Made by a program: the position numbers and the translations under genes. This document shows, piece after piece, positions 60,321-64,000 of a stretch of DNA of 64,000 bases. Origin of the DNA: Syntrophales bacterium (GTDB lineage Bacteria; Desulfobacterota; Syntrophia; Syntrophales; UBA4778); contig CAXXQE010000008.1 in assembly GCA_963665615.2 (NCBI GenBank), positions 62,001 to 126,000 on the forward strand, written 5' to 3'. The stretch's first letter is position 1, and each line of letters begins with the position of its first letter. The notes under the pieces are model-generated. The model worked only from the letters and a program-made list of their open reading frames with translations. It was not told where the DNA came from and did not search any database.

Positions 60321-62678
60321 TCAAGCCAGTTTTCCTTCATCAACTATCGCTCGGAATCCCGTAGGAGTTGCTATCAAACCTAACGCAGGTGCTTCAAATG
60401 GAAGCCCCCTCAGCTGTTCAAGCATACGTTTGTCAATGTCTGATGCATCACCACCCTTCGGATGAGTATGCCATGTTCCAAGGTAGGTAAGCATGCCCCC
60501 CGACTTATCATGAATTTCTTGGATCTTATCCCGTAGACCCTCAGTGCCTAGAACAAATGAATTTCTTGACCGTTTGGAGTCCGGTGGTGCTTCGATGAGC
60601 CTAGCTATATTGAAGCAGCGGTTATACAGGGATAGTCTGCCCATCAAGACGCCGCCTGTCTCTGTCTCTCTCCATTTATTCATTTCCTCATACATAATGC
60701 GAGAAACCCTTTGGGGTATCCTAATTTCCCAAGGGGCTTCTATCCGCAGGCGTAATGTCTCTGTTGGGCCTAATTCAATCAGTTTCCATAAAACACCCAG
60801 TTCATCCTGTGTAAGCATTCCTATCCATAGCTCACCTTTTGAAGATCCAGCATCATTATTCGCCAAAATCTGCATGGCTCGTTGAGCCATCCCTGATGCA
60901 AATAGAGAAATCCGAGTATCAGGTATTACCATAGTTTGTGATCCGCAGCCTTGCCCAACTTCTTGACGACGCAACGAAGATTTATCGGAGAAAAGGGAGG
61001 CCAATTCCGGATCGTTTATGCACTCGTCATATAGACAGAGTATCAAATCATTAACATTCGGACTTCGATTAGGACCTTCTATTGCCATTATACCTATTTT
61101 TCCTTGCCCATATAATACAGCATGCATTAGTTGACCAACGAGGCGTGCAGCGGGTAGTGATGCGAGCATGTCCCGGACAGCAATCGATCCCGTAGATTCA
61201 ATGACGAGGCGGTTGTTGTTGCGAAGTGGGCTAATGCTCTTGCCTTCGCCTTTACACATCTCAACAATGTCTTCAACGATTGCATCCGCTGCAAGCCGAA
61301 GGCGCCCGATTTCTTCTTTCAACAGTACAGCTTTAGGTATCCCTGGAATTTCCGGGGGTGGCACGCACGCGTGTCGTGCTGCATTGTGGGGAGAGAAAAC
61401 AGCATTATCTACAAGTATGAATGGATCATGACCAGACTTTGCCAAATGCATGGCGATCTTTGATCCCACACTGCCACATCCGATAAAAACAATTGAACCA
61501 TCTTCCATAGTCTCTTTTACTCCCGACATTCTTCTGAGCACTTTCTTTGTTATCTTATGCCGGTGGCCAAGCGGCGCAACACGGGAATCTTCACTGATCA
61601 TGGCTATAGATTCCGGAAAAAGTCCTGTCCGATCTGCAATCTTGCATTCGATTAAGTATGGTATAAATTCCAGCGATGATTCATCGCCGATGAGATTGTA
61701 GGGCCTCCTAACACAAAGGATTGCATAAATAGGGAATGTCGTACGGTTAAAAGATGCCTCCTTAGCAGCCCAACCCAGGTTGCTGATCATGCTACTGAGA
61801 GCGTTGAAGACGCCATAGTCCTTAGCTCTTTCGTATAGTTGTTTAAGACTCTCGACGTCCTCAGGTAAATATCGATCTTTTACTGATTGCGAGGAGCCCC
61901 ATACAAGCACCGTCACGTGCTGATAAAGACGCCCGAAAAGAGTGTCTTCGTGATAGCGATAATTATCGATTAACGAAGGAGTTACAGCTAAAGGTTTTTC
62001 ATCGATTACCCATGAATAGTTGAATTGTTCATTGTGCCACGACTTTCTCAAGGCTTTACAGACAAACGCGCAGGCATTCTCCTCACTTTGAAGATAGGAC
62101 TCAAAGCGCGAGACATCATACTGTACCCATCCCGCAGTATAATCACGACGTATTGGTTCCCACCCCTGTTTCGGATTGATTAAATCATCAATCGCTGCCT
62201 TATCGAGCCAATCAGAAAGCTGATTCAAGATTTCACTTAATCCATCGCCCTCCTGATGCAAGAGGTCACTGAGAGAACCATCATAAATGCAAGGGGTGAT
62301 AAAACGCTGCCGGTCCGAAATCACAATTGGATTAATGTGAGCGAACTTCCCATCAAAATCAGGCCGCAACAGAACTAAAGGGGCCTGATAGGGAAAGGCA
62401 GGCGGAAACATAAATACAATGGGTTCCCATGCACGGACCCCCGTTGCGCTTTTACCCCTGGTATTAGCCCTGGATGGCAAGGACACTTTGATATCGAATT
62501 CTATCTTGAATCCGCCATCGGGAAGCATCGTAAGATTGCGAAGAGGTTTCCTGACGCAGGGGTGAGACAAAATTAGTTTTTGAGCCGAAGCAGCCTCAAC
62601 AGGAATGTGTTTACGTGATGCGTCAGATCTCCTCCTGTCACGCCCTCTTTTGAGAGCCTTCCTGTTTTTAACCATGCC
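60321..62678 (-). CDS. Prokaryotic E2 - ThiF/E1 - JAB protease fusion (Cap2-Cap3-like)
   Basis: FPPAFP..AP and HINP..PCIY (E2), IGCGSVGS, HNAARH and GQGCGS (E1), ETGG...WHTHP...S..D (JAB). Confidence 0.9.
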   Translation of the reverse strand, partial: GMVKNRKALKRGRDRRRSDASRKHIPVEAASAQKLILSHPCVRKPLRNLTMLPDGGFKIEFDIKVSLPSRANTRGKSATGVRAWEPIVFMFPPAFPYQAPLVLLRPDFDGKFAHINPIVISDRQRFITPCIYDGSLSDLLHQEGDGLSEILNQLSDWLDKAAIDDLINPKQGWEPIRRDYTAGWVQYDVSRFESYLQSEENACAFVCKALRKSWHNEQFNYSWVIDEKPLAVTPSLIDNYRYHEDTLFGRLYQHVTVLVWGSSQSVKDRYLPEDVESLKQLYERAKDYGVFNALSSMISNLGWAAKEASFNRTTFPIYAILCVRRPYNLIGDESSLEFIPYLIECKIADRTGLFPESIAMISEDSRVAPLGHRHKITKKVLRRMSGVKETMEDGSIVFIGCGSVGSKIAMHLAKSGHDPFILVDNAVFSPHNAARHACVPPPEIPGIPKAVLLKEEIGRLRLAADAIVEDIVEMCKGEGKSISPLRNNNRLVIESTGSIAVRDMLASLPAARLVGQLMHAVLYGQGKIGIMAIEGPNRSPNVNDLILCLYDECINDPELASLFSDKSSLRRQEVGQGCGSQTMVIPDTRISLFASGMAQRAMQILANNDAGSSKGELWIGMLTQDELGVLWKLIELGPTETLRLRIEAPWEIRIPQRVSRIMYEEMNKWRETETGGVLMGRLSLYNRCFNIARLIEAPPDSKRSRNSFVLGTEGLRDKIQEIHDKSGGMLTYLGTWHTHPKGGDASDIDKRMLEQLRGLPFEAPALGLIATPTGFRAIVDEGKLA

Positions 62679-63840
62679 CCTTAGGCTCCCTGGTGCTACC
62701 ATAAATTACGGCAGAACCGGTGATGGGTACACTCTTTTTCGAAGGAGATTGGAACCCTTCTTTAGAAACCGTAAAAGTGAGTGGTTCTTGGTTCTTTTCG
62801 CTGGGATATTCTCCGGTGCAGTAGAACCTTTCCTCGTTTTTTTCAAGGATAGCGAGGTATTCTTTCTTCGCACCCCAACACGGTGGATCGTTCTTGTCGT
62901 TTTTGATGGGCTTGCTGCTTGATATGATAAAACCACTTTCGCGGCACTGTGAAAGTGCAGATTTCGCGTCCGGATTTACTTGTGGGTCCTTACATTCGCT
63001 CCAACTATCATAGGAAAGGGTATGCCATGAGCAGTGGTGCGGAGCCAAGAGGAGATCATATTGAATTTCAGACAGATTATCTTTCTTTTTCTGCCATAGC
63101 TTTTCCCAAATATAGACCTCGGCATCACCGCCTGTTAGGAAAAGACAGGCATCTTCTATTCCAGCAGACTTGAAAGAAATCTGCATTATAACGCTTGAGT
63201 GGTTTTTTCTTAACTTTTCCTCTTCTGCCTCTTCCTGCAAAGGGAGCGGTCCCAAGACTCTCATAGAGGCATGCTGATTTGTCTTTCCATTAATACTGTT
63301 GAATTGCTCGTCTATTTTTGCAAGGATTGACTCCAGACCATCCGTTTTTCCGTTCTCATCCTCGCCAACGATGAGAATACGATCACCTTCGAGCGCAGAC
63401 TTTTTCTCTTTGAATATTTTCACCCGTCTTCTGGCCTCTGTGTTGAAACTTTTGGCATCCTCACACAATTGGTTGTTTTTGCTTGCCCTTCTGAACATCA
63501 TTGGAGATGACCACATCTCTCTGATAACTATTTTAAGTTCTTCTCCATCGGGCGGTTTATCATTGTAATCACTGAGAGGACCCATATGAAAATGTTTCTT
63601 TATACCTCTGCAGTGATCCTCATCAGCATGGCTGAGAAGGAACGCATCCACATAGGGTCGGTTATTGTCGTCATTCTTGAGCCTCTTCCTCAATTCCTTT
63701 ATAACGTTACAACTTGGGTCTTGATTGTTCTCAGCACGTTCCCGCAGATTAACATCAATCAATATGGTAGTATCATCGGCAAGAGTGATGAGGGTCATGT
63801 CCCCATTGTCAACAGGGAAAAATGTGATGGTTGATGCCAT
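62668..63840 (-). CDS. Metallo-beta-lactamase-fold (ComEC-like) hydrolase
   Basis: FFPVDNGD, LSHADEDH, GDAE, APHHCS; GGAGG RBS; ends PKGHG. Confidence 0.9.
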   Translation of the reverse strand: MASTITFFPVDNGDMTLITLADDTTILIDVNLRERAENNQDPSCNVIKELRKRLKNDDNNRPYVDAFLLSHADEDHCRGIKKHFHMGPLSDYNDKPPDGEELKIVIREMWSSPMMFRRASKNNQLCEDAKSFNTEARRRVKIFKEKKSALEGDRILIVGEDENGKTDGLESILAKIDEQFNSINGKTNQHASMRVLGPLPLQEEAEEEKLRKNHSSVIMQISFKSAGIEDACLFLTGGDAEVYIWEKLWQKKKDNLSEIQYDLLLAPHHCSWHTLSYDSWSECKDPQVNPDAKSALSQCRESGFIISSSKPIKNDKNDPPCWGAKKEYLAILEKNEERFYCTGEYPSEKNQEPLTFTVSKEGFQSPSKKSVPITGSAVIYGSTREPKGHG

Positions 63841-63872
63841 TTTACTGAACCTCCTATAACGCTGAATTGTCT

Positions 63873-63998
63873 TTAAGGTCTAATTCGCTTACTTTTTGAT
63901 AAGTTGGTTACGGTAACGTTCATTCCGCTCTGCTGCACTCGTTCAGCAGCCAAGGGCATATCATTTTGAGGAACACGTAAAATTTTCGATCTGTTTAC
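63873..63998 (-). CDS. C-terminal end of an upstream hypothetical gene (partial)
   Basis: Open frame from the window edge, VNRSKILRVPQNDMPLAAERVQQSGMNVTVTNLSKSKRIRP*, ending 32 bp before the MBL start. Confidence 0.4.
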   Translation of the reverse strand, partial: VNRSKILRVPQNDMPLAAERVQQSGMNVTVTNLSKSKRIRP

Positions 63999-64000
63999 TT

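Noticed and set aside
60270..63870. GTT core-like sites before the MBL and TM genes suggesting integron cassettes
   Set aside because: No convincing complementary R'' boxes or L-box stems

Overview
Window from an anaerobic deltaproteobacterium, probably Syntrophales-like (inferred from gene content). The GC-rich backbone carries a peptide ABC permease pair, tatD, TPP-riboswitch-thiD-thiC, a porCDAB operon with NfnB/NuoG-like partners, accC, a CpxRA-like pair, pldA, thiL, thiME, mutY, hcp, korAB, tadA, two tRNA-Ser genes, ffs-dnaX-ybaB-recR and a PEP-CTERM gene. Three accessory zones interrupt it. (1) About 5.7-23 kb is a more AT-rich mosaic ending at tRNA-Asn, with a serine-recombinase relic, several degenerate tRNA-Asn 3'-end (att-like) copies, an ~800-bp duplication encoding a double zinc-ribbon protein around a porin gene, IS3 remnants and a sigma54 sRNA candidate. 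(2) A solo integron gene cassette with a complete attC lies at about 39.2-39.8 kb. (3) From 59.6 kb an island starts at a tRNA-Leu(CAG) 3' fragment and encodes an MBL-fold hydrolase ending in Gly, an E2-E1-JAB fusion and a small membrane protein, i.e. a ubiquitin-like conjugation, CBASS Cap2/Cap3-related putative anti-phage system with no cyclase visible in the window. Intergenic DNA is rich in MITEs, nested palindromes and 7/8-mer runs. All calls come from reading motifs by eye; no searches were run.
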